From NCBI GenBank assembly GCA_964407215.1, contig CAYOUT010000016.1:4473-68472 (forward strand): DNA of 64,000 bases, in the 5' to 3' direction. This DNA is from an uncultured Anaerolineales bacterium (GTDB taxonomy: Bacteria > Chloroflexota > Anaerolineae > UBA1429). Positions 37,332 to 46,126 of the stretch are shown here, piece by piece (positions within the stretch are counted from its first letter, which is position 1; every line of letters begins with the position of its first letter). Under the pieces are notes generated by a model, which saw nothing but the letters and a program-made list of their open reading frames with translations, was not told where the DNA came from and searched no databases. The position numbers and the translations under genes were made by a program.

Positions 37332-38465
37332 TTAGGCGCCGCGCAAGTGCTCCCCCAGCCACGCAAAGGCGGCGGTCTGCATAGGAAAGTCGAACTTGTG
37401 CGGCCCGGGGTAGAACTGCCCCACATACGCCTCGGGATGGCCCACGCCCCGATAGTGCCCACACAGCTTGGCGTGAGCTGCGCGCATCCCCTCCTCGGTA
37501 AAGAGGGGATCTTCGAGATCGTACTGCACCAGCAGCGGCGACGGCGCCCGGCAGGCGGCCAGATCGGGCCAATCGCCGTATCGCGACCAGCCTGCGGGGA
37601 AGAGCATCCAGGTGTGCGAGGCGATGTTGTGATCCAGCAGGTGGCCGTAGGTGCTCATCAGCCCGACGACGACGGCCGCCCGGATACGATCGCACGCCGC
37701 TTGCAGCAAGCTCGAGCGCAACCCGCCCCCCGAGAGGCCGATGCACCCCAGCCCCCCGGGCAGCACATCGCCGCGCGAGGCCAGATAGGCCGCGGCGACG
37801 CGGTCCTCGAAAGCGATGACGCCCGCGAGCGTGGTGCCAAGCACCGTGCAGTACTTTTCCACCAGGTGCTCGTGAAAGGCGGCGGTTGTATTGTACAGCG
37901 CGATCTGTGGCGAGCCCGAGGCGTTCTCACGAACCCACGTCTGTGCCATCTGCCGATCGTGGGCGGGCATCGCCTCCAGGGCAAAGCGGCGGCTGCCCCA
38001 CAGAAAGGTGTCGGGCACCAGCACCACATAGCCCTCCCGCGCCAGGGCGTTGGCGAACGCACGCCCCCCGTACGCCTCTCGCCGGTGCTCTACGACGTCG
38101 GGCTCGGGAGCGTCGGGGCCGTCAGCGATCTTTTCCTTGCCGAAATACTTGAACCCGCCGTGGTCGTGCAGGGCCAGCACGCCCGGGAGCGGCTCTGGGG
38201 TGTCGGGCTTGAGCAGCCAAGCGTGCGTGCGGGGGCCGTACCCCACAGACCACGTCAGCTCCTCACCGAGGAGGCCGTCGCGCTCCCAACGACGTTCCGA
38301 TCTGACGTCCATCGGCTCCTCGACCGGACGGCCGAAGCGCAGCACCTCTCTGACGCGCGCTTGAGTCTCGGCCCCGGGCGCTGCGGTGGGGATGGGGCCC
38401 CACATCTCCGCAGCGGCTTGCGGCCAATCGCTATAAGCGCCCAGATGCTGATAGTCCGCAGGCAT
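37332..38465 (-). CDS. Alpha/beta hydrolase (dienelactone-hydrolase/acetyl-esterase-like)
   Basis: Nucleophile elbow GLSGGG and an HDHGGF-type region. Start at MPADYQ (cat 38463-38465). Confidence 0.8.
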   Translation of the reverse strand: MPADYQHLGAYSDWPQAAAEMWGPIPTAAPGAETQARVREVLRFGRPVEEPMDVRSERRWERDGLLGEELTWSVGYGPRTHAWLLKPDTPEPLPGVLALHDHGGFKYFGKEKIADGPDAPEPDVVEHRREAYGGRAFANALAREGYVVLVPDTFLWGSRRFALEAMPAHDRQMAQTWVRENASGSPQIALYNTTAAFHEHLVEKYCTVLGTTLAGVIAFEDRVAAAYLASRGDVLPGGLGCIGLSGGGLRSSLLQAACDRIRAAVVVGLMSTYGHLLDHNIASHTWMLFPAGWSRYGDWPDLAACRAPSPLLVQYDLEDPLFTEEGMRAAHAKLCGHYRGVGHPEAYVGQFYPGPHKFDFPMQTAAFAWLGEHLRGA

Positions 38466-38525
38466 GGTCTCCCCCCCTTTTTCTGTTGCGAGCAGTGCGG
38501 GCACGCACGGGCCCGCGCTGGACGA

Positions 38526-39722
38526 CTACCGCAGAAACGCGCCAAACACCTGGTTGCCCAACAACCGACCGCGCGGCGTGAGGCGTATCCCCGCGCAGTC
38601 GCTGATCAGCAACCCACGCTCTTCCAGGTCGCGGATCTCCTCGCCATACACCGCCGATAGTTCGCGCCCGAACCGCCGCCGGAACGCGCCGTGGCTCACG
38701 CCGGTGAGCAGGCGCAAACCCATCATCATCGTCTCGCCCAACTCCCGATCGGTGTCGGTCTCCTCCGCTTGATCCACGGGGTCCAGGCCGCGAGCCACGC
38801 GCTGGATATACTCTTGGGGCGCGGTTACGTTGCCAAGGCGGCGCGCGCCATCATACGACCAGGCCGCGACGCCCAGGCCCAGATACCTGCCGTTGCGCCA
38901 ATACGTCAGATTATGTCGACAGGCCAGCGCGGGGATGGCGCCGGGAGCCTCGTCGCTGCGGCGCAGCGCCCAGTTGGATATCTCGTAATGCGTATAGCCT
39001 GCGCGCGCCAGAAGGTCTTCCGCCAGCTTGTACATGTCGGCGGCCAGCCCCTCATCGGGCGCGGGCAGCCGCCCCGAGGCGACGTCGTGCGCGAGCGGGG
39101 TCCCCTCCTCCAGTGAGAGCGCATAGAGCGAGAGATGTTCGGGCTCGAGCTCCAGCGCGCGAAGCAGGGTGTCGTGCCAGGAGATGAGGGGCTGTCGCGG
39201 CAGACCGTAGATCAGGTCCAGGTTCACACTGCAGAACCCGGCCGAGTGCGCCCAACGCGCGGCCTGGCGTGCGTCCTCAACCGAGTGTGCACGCCCCAAA
39301 AGGTGTAACTCATCGGCCCGCAGGCTCTGCACGCCAAGGCTCAGCCGGTTAAAGCCCGCCCGGCGCAGCTCTGCCAGAGCGGCGTGGCTCACTGTGCCGG
39401 GGTTCGCCTCGATGGAGGCCTCTATCGGCGACGTGAGGGCGAGGTGAGTGCCCAGCATCGCCGGAATCCGCACCAGCGCCTCTGTGGGCAACACCGTGGG
39501 CGTGCCGCCCCCCACGTACAGCGTATCGAACGATACCCCCCGCCAACGAGGCGCGCGCTGCGCCAACTCTAGCGCCACGGCCTCCAGATAGCCCGCGTGC
39601 AGGGGCTCCAGCCCGGGGTACGAGGAGAAATCACAATAGGCGCATTTTGTGCGGCAGAAGGGGATGTGTAGATAGAGCCCCGCCGAGGCGTGTTCTGGCT
39701 CGTGCACCGCGTTTTCGCTCAC
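38526..39722 (-). CDS. hemW: Radical SAM heme chaperone HemW (HemN-like, oxygen-independent coproporphyrinogen-III-oxidase family)
   Basis: LYLHIPFCRTKCAYCDF CxxxCxxC radical-SAM motif and HemN C-terminal domain. Start placed at GTG 39722, which overlaps the upstream gene's stop (GTGA). The alternative in-frame ATG at 39905 would overlap 183 nt of the upstream gene. Confidence 0.8.
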   Translation of the reverse strand: MSENAVHEPEHASAGLYLHIPFCRTKCAYCDFSSYPGLEPLHAGYLEAVALELAQRAPRWRGVSFDTLYVGGGTPTVLPTEALVRIPAMLGTHLALTSPIEASIEANPGTVSHAALAELRRAGFNRLSLGVQSLRADELHLLGRAHSVEDARQAARWAHSAGFCSVNLDLIYGLPRQPLISWHDTLLRALELEPEHLSLYALSLEEGTPLAHDVASGRLPAPDEGLAADMYKLAEDLLARAGYTHYEISNWALRRSDEAPGAIPALACRHNLTYWRNGRYLGLGVAAWSYDGARRLGNVTAPQEYIQRVARGLDPVDQAEETDTDRELGETMMMGLRLLTGVSHGAFRRRFGRELSAVYGEEIRDLEERGLLISDCAGIRLTPRGRLLGNQVFGAFLR

Positions 39723-40636
39723 TTGGGGGGGCGCCGAGTCTCCGGGGCCAGCTCGGGGCGACGCGCCTCCGCCGCCCGAACCGCGCCGGTGAGGGCTCGG
39801 TTCGATAGGGAATCCAACGCCTGGCGAGAGGGGCGCGCATCCGTCGCCGAGATGGGCTGAGACCGCGCCACCAGGATGCCCACACCATCTCGAAAGGCCT
39901 CCCACGTCCCCGCCTTTTTGACCGATTGCCCCACCAGTAGCGCCGCCAAATCGGGAGCCACGGCGGGCACCCCGGACAAGAGGCCGTAGGCCACCGTCGC
40001 GGCGCGCACAGTATCTCCGTCCGCCCCCAACGCCAGCAACAGAGCCAGCGTGATCGCGGGATAGGCGCCCTCTGCGTGGGGCTCGATGCGCTCCAGCGCA
40101 TAGCCCTCATCGGGGGCCAGCGCGCGGCATCGCACCGCGGTGATCATCTCGGCGGTGCTATCAACCTGGCAGCTGCCGGGCCGTGGAAAGAGGGAGGCCA
40201 CCGGCACCCACTGCTCGCCCGTCAGGTTCGTCACCTGTACTTCAGCGGCCAATGCCGTAAGGGCCACCGAGATCTCGGCGCTGCCCACGGCTGTCACCAT
40301 CGCACCGGCCACCGTACCATCCCTGCGCTTGGGGCACGATGCCACGAGCTGCACAGCGCGGTGAATCAGCGGCGCCTGCGCGGCCACCAGTTCGTTGTCG
40401 GCTAGAGCAGTAAACGTGGCGCCCCCGCCCAACACCAAGTGGCTGTTCTCCTGCTGCACGCGCTTCATAACGGCGATGCGTGAGACATCCACAAAGCTGC
40501 TGAACGGGCATTCGCCTCGCTCGATGCGCGGGCGCAGCTCGGTGCCCCCAGCGATAAGCTGGGCCTGGCCGCGACGCGTCGCAAGGAACGCCAACGCCTC
40601 GGCGACCGAGGACGCTACCAGATACTCTTCAGGCAT
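39719..40636 (-). CDS. FAD-binding subunit of molybdopterin dehydrogenase family (CoxM/XdhB-like)
   Basis: MPEEYLVASSVAEALAFLATRRGQAQLIAGGTEL… FAD_binding_5/CO-dehydrogenase flavoprotein fold. No large or small subunit genes are in the window. Confidence 0.8.
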   Translation of the reverse strand: MPEEYLVASSVAEALAFLATRRGQAQLIAGGTELRPRIERGECPFSSFVDVSRIAVMKRVQQENSHLVLGGGATFTALADNELVAAQAPLIHRAVQLVASCPKRRDGTVAGAMVTAVGSAEISVALTALAAEVQVTNLTGEQWVPVASLFPRPGSCQVDSTAEMITAVRCRALAPDEGYALERIEPHAEGAYPAITLALLLALGADGDTVRAATVAYGLLSGVPAVAPDLAALLVGQSVKKAGTWEAFRDGVGILVARSQPISATDARPSRQALDSLSNRALTGAVRAAEARRPELAPETRRPPK

Positions 40637-40660
40637 AAGGCTCTCTGCACACCTATAATC

Positions 40661-40704
40661 GTTCTAGAACAACTAACTATATCCCGCGCGCGGCGCCGAG
40701 TCAA
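40661..40704 (-). promoter_or_regulatory. Promoter TTGACT-18-TATAGT with perfect 10-bp palindrome GTTCTAGAAC immediately downstream (candidate operator)
   Basis: On the minus strand, -35 is at 40699-40704, -10 at 40675-40680 and the palindrome at 40661-40670. The ATG of the CoxM-like gene is at 40636. Confidence 0.4.
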
Positions 40705-40839
40705 AGCAGTGTAAAGAAGGGTTGGGGAAACGCGCTCATACGGCTAAAGCCGTGCTCCAGCAGGATGCATTGCGAGCGCCCTCAGGGGGCGCACCCGGCT
40801 CGCGGTGGGGGTGCGCCGTGGGCGGGGACGAGCCCCGCG

Positions 40840-41700
40840 CTATTTCCGCTTTCGGTAGGCGGTGCGGATCTCGGCATAGACCCGCTCGACGTTCTCTCGC
40901 CGTCGGCGCTTGATGGCTGCGGCCTCGTGGTCGCGCACCGGGTAGAGCTCGAGCATACCGACCTTGTCGACGGTCTCTCGCCTGGTGGCGCCACTCTCGT
41001 AGAGCGTATCGACGCGCGATCGCATCTCTTGGATATACTCGCTCAACCGAGCCAGTTGTGATTTATCGGTGGGGCCTCGCTCCCCCGGCACGATAACGTC
41101 CACGTCCATTTCCTCTATTCGAGCCAGGGTACCGAGCCACGCCTCCGAGTTGGCGTGCACCATAGCGGGGTGCTGGTCGTTCACCACGTTATCCCCCGCG
41201 AACAACACTCGCTCCTCGGCGAGATACACGCCCAGTGAGGCCGGCGTGTGCCCGTTGAGATACAACACCTCCACCTGCCGGTCGCCCAAGTGGAGCGTCA
41301 GGCGGTCCTCGACGGTGACCTCGGGCGCGTACACTGTGAGGCTGGCGAGTTGCTCGGCCAGCTCGGGGCGCTCATCGCGGTAGGCGACGCTCAGTTGCTC
41401 CAACTGGGAGGCTCTGTATCTAGCGACCTGCTTGAAGGTCGCCTCGTGGCCGATGATCCGCACCGGGTAAAAGTTGGCATCACCCAAGTAGCGCTCGGGG
41501 TGAAAGTCGGTGTTCACGATGCCATAGATGCTCTCGGCGCCCAGGTCGCGCAGGGTTATCGCCCAATCGTGCGCGTCCGCGGCCGAAAGGGGCGCATCGA
41601 TCAGCAGCGCACCCCGCGCACTGAGCACAGCGCCCACGTTGCCTCCCCAGTAATCCGTTTTGACGTACACTCTGTTCGCCAGTTCGGTGAGCACGCGCAC
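40840..41700 (-). CDS. MBL-fold metallo-hydrolase
   Basis: Metallo-beta-lactamase fold motifs (…VNTDFHPER…, HxHxDH-like region, GHTPASLGVY). Confidence 0.8.
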   Translation of the reverse strand: MRVLTELANRVYVKTDYWGGNVGAVLSARGALLIDAPLSAADAHDWAITLRDLGAESIYGIVNTDFHPERYLGDANFYPVRIIGHEATFKQVARYRASQLEQLSVAYRDERPELAEQLASLTVYAPEVTVEDRLTLHLGDRQVEVLYLNGHTPASLGVYLAEERVLFAGDNVVNDQHPAMVHANSEAWLGTLARIEEMDVDVIVPGERGPTDKSQLARLSEYIQEMRSRVDTLYESGATRRETVDKVGMLELYPVRDHEAAAIKRRRRENVERVYAEIRTAYRKRK

Positions 41701-41703
41701 CTC

Positions 41704-42918
41704 CTACGATTCCATCGCCGAGGCCATCGCCCGCACGCTCTCCAGCGCCGCCCTCAGGGCGTCGGGCAGGGCCTGTGCGGGCCCCCCCCCGCCCTGCGCT
41801 AAATGGGGTTTGCCGCCCCCCTTGCCCCCCAGAGGGCGCAGGGTCTCACAGAGCAGGGCGCCCATATCTATCGTCACGTCGTCGGCGCGCGCAAAACAGA
41901 ACTGGGGCGCCGGATCGCTCACCGCCAGCAAAGCCACCATACCGCTGAATCGAGCCAGCTCTTGGGCCATCTGGCGCATCTGAGACGTTTGGTACCCCTC
42001 GAGCACCCGCGCCACCACACGCAGGGGGCCGAGGTCGACCGCTTGAGCCTCCAGCTCGGCCCGGTCTGCAGCAACGAGCCGCCCGCGTAGATCCTCGACC
42101 TGGCGCTGCAAGCTGTCGATCTCCTCCAGCTGGCGCTCCACGATATGTGGCAAATCCTCCACGCCAGCGCTCAGCTTGGCGGAGAGCTGCCGGCAGACGT
42201 TGGCCAAGGCGCGGTGGTCGGTCAGGGCGCGCCAGCCACAGACGAACTCGATGCGGCTGTTGCCGCGATGCCGCTGCCAACTCTTCAGCCGGATGCAGCC
42301 CACCTCCCCCGTGACGCGCACGTGGGTGCCGCCGCAAGCGCTGGCATCGTAGCCATCCACCAGCACCACGCGAATCACTCCGTGCACTGTGGGCGGTTTG
42401 CGCAGCGGCACCTGCCCGATGTCCCGCTCGTGCACCTCGCGCGTGGTCACGGCACGATTCTCGTACAATACACGGTTGGCCGAATCCTCCACGCGCTGGA
42501 GGGCCTCCTCGTCCAGTGTATCGGCCTCCACGTCGATGGTGCTAGACGCGCTCCCCAAATGAAAGCTCACCGTCTCGGCGCCCAATACACGCACAAAAGC
42601 CTGCGAGAGGATGTGCTGCCCTGTATGCTGTTGCATATGGTCAAAGCGTCGCGGCCAGTCCACCAGCCCGCGCACGCGCTCTCCGGGCACGGGCCTCGCT
42701 ACGACATGCCAGATGCTGCCGACATCCTCCACCACGTCCACAACGCGCACGTCGTCCAGCATGCCCGTATCGTGGGGTTGACCGCCCGCAGTGGGGTAAA
42801 AGCAGGTGGCATCCAAGGCCACAGCGGGGCTCCCCTCGATAAAGCTGCGCCCCACAACGCGTGCGTCGAACTCGGTGCGATACGGATCCTCATGATACAG
42901 ACGCTGAGTTACGAGCAC
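41704..42918 (-). CDS. alaX: Alanyl-tRNA editing protein AlaX-L (AlaRS editing domain homologue)
   Basis: HTGQHIL (HxxxH) and CGGTHV (CxxxH) zinc motifs of the AlaRS second additional domain, plus a C-terminal DHHA1-like region. Confidence 0.85.
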   Translation of the reverse strand: MLVTQRLYHEDPYRTEFDARVVGRSFIEGSPAVALDATCFYPTAGGQPHDTGMLDDVRVVDVVEDVGSIWHVVARPVPGERVRGLVDWPRRFDHMQQHTGQHILSQAFVRVLGAETVSFHLGSASSTIDVEADTLDEEALQRVEDSANRVLYENRAVTTREVHERDIGQVPLRKPPTVHGVIRVVLVDGYDASACGGTHVRVTGEVGCIRLKSWQRHRGNSRIEFVCGWRALTDHRALANVCRQLSAKLSAGVEDLPHIVERQLEEIDSLQRQVEDLRGRLVAADRAELEAQAVDLGPLRVVARVLEGYQTSQMRQMAQELARFSGMVALLAVSDPAPQFCFARADDVTIDMGALLCETLRPLGGKGGGKPHLAQGGGGPAQALPDALRAALESVRAMASAMES

Positions 42919-43074
42919 AGGTGATTAACTCTCATTCTTGAATGATATACTGAGTATAGCGTATCCGCTGGCCCTTGGCCAGCGCCCAGCAGCCCTGCAG
43001 CAAGGCTGGAGCCCGGGCGGCGGCGGGCCGAGGCCGAGCGCCCGCACACAGGGCGAGACCGCGCTGTGGGGGAG

Positions 43075-44124
43075 CTACTCTGCTGCAGCAAAGCGCACGC
43101 CCAGCTTGATGCCCGCCTCGGGGTTCGCTGCCACCCGTGGGTAGGCCTCCAAGAGCTCGCCGACCGCCACCACCGGCTGTACGACCGGGTCGCCCGTGAG
43201 CCGTCCTTCCGCCAGCCACCGCCAGCAGGTTTCCATCAGACGGCGCTCGTTCCAGCGGGGGTAGTCGCGGTTCGGCTCGGAGCAGGCCCGAGAGAACACG
43301 ACGTGGGGCGTGTTCATGTGGGCCTCCGCGCCGAGATCCAGCCCGGCGCCATAGGGCGGAGGGTAGGCCCCCGCCACCAACGTGCCGCCGTAGGCCAAGC
43401 CCCGCAAGCCGGCCTGCAGCGCCGCGCGTGCCCCGCTGTACTCTATGGCCACGTCCACGCCGCGCCCATCGGTGCGCTGCTTCAGCTCCAAGCCGGCGTC
43501 ACAAGCGCTCGGATCCAAGGCCACATCCGCCCCCAATGAGACGGCCACATCCCTCCGACCGGTCACCGGATCCAGCGCGATAACGGGGCCCGCCCCAGCC
43601 AAGCGCAGTATCTGCACCACCATCAGGCCGATGGCCCCCAGCCCGAACACCGCCACCGCATCGCCGGGGCGCACATGGCCGTCGCGGACGGCGCCCAGGG
43701 CGAAATCCGCGGGATCCAGGCAGACGGCCGAGCGCCACGACATGCCCTCGGACAGAGGCCAGCAGGCCGACGCCGGGGCGGTGACGGTGTCTCGAAAGCC
43801 GCTGTACAAGCACACGCGCTGCCCCAGGGCGATATCGGTTACATCGGCGCCCCGCTCGATGACGGGCCCCACGATCATATTGCCCAAGGCGACCTGATAC
43901 GTTTCGGCCGGGAGCTCGGCCTCGGGCGGTGCGTGAAACAGCATCAAGTCGGCATCCCAAGCGCCCCGGTCAAAGCCATAGCCATGGAACAGCGCCATCT
44001 CGGTGCCGTGTTTGGCTGCGCCGTACTCGGCGCGCACGCGCACCTGATCGGGCGCCAGGGGGGCGTCGTCGTAGGTTTGCCACTCCAAGCGCCCGCGACC
44101 GGTGCAGATCAGCTTTTTCGGCAT
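43075..44124 (-). CDS. Medium-chain dehydrogenase/reductase (zinc-ADH-like fold; canonical catalytic Zn Cys absent)
   Basis: Start at MPKKLI (cat 44122-44124). Rossmann motif VAVFGLGAIGL. The GxCGTDxH position reads AAKHGTEM, so the zinc-ligand Cys is not conserved. Confidence 0.75.
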   Translation of the reverse strand: MPKKLICTGRGRLEWQTYDDAPLAPDQVRVRAEYGAAKHGTEMALFHGYGFDRGAWDADLMLFHAPPEAELPAETYQVALGNMIVGPVIERGADVTDIALGQRVCLYSGFRDTVTAPASACWPLSEGMSWRSAVCLDPADFALGAVRDGHVRPGDAVAVFGLGAIGLMVVQILRLAGAGPVIALDPVTGRRDVAVSLGADVALDPSACDAGLELKQRTDGRGVDVAIEYSGARAALQAGLRGLAYGGTLVAGAYPPPYGAGLDLGAEAHMNTPHVVFSRACSEPNRDYPRWNERRLMETCWRWLAEGRLTGDPVVQPVVAVGELLEAYPRVAANPEAGIKLGVRFAAAE

Positions 44125-44302
44125 AGCAGCCTCCCTCTCGTCTGTGTGCGCCAAGCGGAGCGAGCCCGTTCGCACGCACGGTAGTGCCCCGCACTGCGCC
44201 AGTATAGCGCCCACGCCCGGCGCCAGCAAGGGGCGCCCGCCCTCAGGTTGTCACCCGGCCGCCCATCGGAGCGGCGCCGGATTGCCATTCAGCCCAACAC
44301 AC

Positions 44303-44353
44303 GCCACAGGCACAAAAGCGGCAACAGATCGCTCTGTTGCCGCCTGTGGCAAA
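44303..44353 (-). terminator. Intrinsic terminator downstream of ssb (GCGGCAACAG…CTGTTGCCGC inside GCCACAGG…CCTGTGGC)
   Basis: Nested inverted repeats at 44303-44350. On the minus strand the inner hairpin is followed by TTTTGTG. Confidence 0.55.
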
Positions 44354-44394
44354 ACTCGGTGCCGGGGCGCCCGGGCGCGCCGCTGGCCGTCGAC

Positions 44395-44808
44395 TTAGAA
44401 GGGGATCTCTTCTTCGTCAATAGAGGACACGCCCCGATCCTCGTCCATCGCATCACTGAGATCGCTCGGGCCGGCGTCGCCGCGCCCGCCAAGGAACTTG
44501 ACTGTGAGCGCGGTGACGTCGAGGCCAGCGCGCCACTCGCCGTCTCGCCCCTGAAACGGGCGGGGCTCGCTGAGCTCGCCCTCTACCAGCACTTGGCGCC
44601 CCTTGCTCAGATACTGGTTGCAGGTCTCGGCCAGGCGCCGCCAGGCCGTCACACGAAACCACACGGTGCGCTCCTGCTGTTGGCCGCTGGCGTCCGTCCA
44701 ACGTCGGCTGGTAGCCACGCTGAACGAGGTCACGGGCGTGCCATCCGGCGTGTAGCGCATCTCCGGATCGCGGCCCAGGTTACCGACGAGAATGAGTTTC
44801 TGATACAT
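44395..44808 (-). CDS. ssb: Single-stranded DNA-binding protein
   Basis: OB-fold N-terminus MYQKLILVGNLGRDPEMRYTPDG and acidic tail DEEEIPF. GGAGG RBS is present. Confidence 0.95.
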   Translation of the reverse strand: MYQKLILVGNLGRDPEMRYTPDGTPVTSFSVATSRRWTDASGQQQERTVWFRVTAWRRLAETCNQYLSKGRQVLVEGELSEPRPFQGRDGEWRAGLDVTALTVKFLGGRGDAGPSDLSDAMDEDRGVSSIDEEEIPF

Positions 44809-44896
44809 GAGTTGGCCTCCAGAGATTGATGCTCTGCCTACGTGAGCGCCCGAGGCGGCTCGAGCAACGCGCGCAAGGGGCGCCCCACGGAATCAA

Positions 44897-44934
44897 TAGG
44901 CAGCTGCCTAACAAGTATACCGATTATTATAGCA
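44897..44934 (-). promoter_or_regulatory. ssb promoter region: extended -10 TGcTATAAT with 14-bp perfect palindrome TAGGCAGCTGCCTA in the leader
   Basis: The reverse complement of 44926-44934 is TGCTATAAT. Palindrome at 44897-44910, a second small palindrome GTATAC at 44915-20, and an ~110-nt leader. Confidence 0.35.
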
Positions 44935-44989
44935 CGCACGACTTGTACAGACAATCGGGCGCGCAACGCCAGCGAGCAGCTTCCAAGCG

Positions 44990-46105
44990 CTAGCCAAAGA
45001 CGGTGCGCATACGCTCGCAGTAGTACTGCACGTTCTCCCAGACGGCGTCGGGCGGCAAGCGATGGTCGGGACAGGGGATATAGCCACCGAGATCCACCAG
45101 CGGGCGCAGCCGCTCGATCTCGGCATCCACGGCGGCGTAATCCTGCGAGAGCATGCGTTTGTCCATCCCCCCCACGCCCCGAAGCTCGCGGCCGTACTGC
45201 TCGCGCCATGGCGCGATACTCGCCTCCCAAGGCCCCACCTCGATGGGGAACATGGTGTTGACGCCGTTCTCCAGCCAGATGGGGATCAGGGCGTCGATCT
45301 TGCCGTCGCAGTCCAGCGAGGTGATGCCGATCCCATATTGGTGTACGAGGTCGGCGATGCGCCTGTAGTGCGGCGCCACTTTGCTGGCGAACACTCGCGG
45401 ATTGATCAGCGGGCCGCTCCGATAGCAGATGTCCTCCCAATAGTGGGCGAAATCGAACACGGCCCCCGATTCGAGGGCACGTTTCGCGCAGCGATAGCAA
45501 AGATCGGCCACGGTGTCGATTATCTCGTCGAACAGCGGTTCGTCGTCGGCCAGCAGGTAAGCTGTGCCCTCCAGGGTCAACCAGTTGCGGACGACCCCGT
45601 AGAGGCTGCCGCAATGCAGGCCGATGGGCTCGTCGCGCTCCGAGTCGTCCTTAAGGGCCTCGAGGGCCGCCCAGTCGAGGCGTTCGTCGGCGTACTGCAG
45701 CCGGGGCAGATACAGCTCCTCCCACTCTCGGCGCCCTTTGAGCAGGTGGTCCACGTGTGCGGGGATAGAGCCCGCGCCGTCCTTTTGCAGGACGATACCC
45801 CCGTCGCCGGTGAGCACTTTGCGAAAGCCGTCGGGCGTCTCCTCCAACACTTTGGTCTCAAAGGGCGGATGCAGCTGCGAGTTCACCCGAGGGGTGTGTA
45901 GCCAGTTAAAGTCGAAACCCAGTCTCCGGGCCACCCCTCGCTCGATCTCGTTGCCATCGGCGATGCCTTCAACCTCTTCCTCCGTGAGGTGCCCCTGCGC
46001 ATGCCAGACTCGGCGGGTATCCGGCCGAATGCCGAAATGCACAATGGGCAGCCGGTCAACATCCTGGTAGTTCAGTATAGCGAGAGCTCGTTCTCGGTTA
46101 TTCAT
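44990..46105 (-). CDS. Uroporphyrinogen-decarboxylase (URO-D) family protein (MtaA/CmuA-like, non-heme context)
   Basis: URO-D fold similarity along the full length (MNNRERALAILNYQDVDRLPIVHF…). Confidence 0.8.
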   Translation of the reverse strand: MNNRERALAILNYQDVDRLPIVHFGIRPDTRRVWHAQGHLTEEEVEGIADGNEIERGVARRLGFDFNWLHTPRVNSQLHPPFETKVLEETPDGFRKVLTGDGGIVLQKDGAGSIPAHVDHLLKGRREWEELYLPRLQYADERLDWAALEALKDDSERDEPIGLHCGSLYGVVRNWLTLEGTAYLLADDEPLFDEIIDTVADLCYRCAKRALESGAVFDFAHYWEDICYRSGPLINPRVFASKVAPHYRRIADLVHQYGIGITSLDCDGKIDALIPIWLENGVNTMFPIEVGPWEASIAPWREQYGRELRGVGGMDKRMLSQDYAAVDAEIERLRPLVDLGGYIPCPDHRLPPDAVWENVQYYCERMRTVFG

Positions 46106-46126
46106 ACAGTTGGCCTCTGTGGCGGG

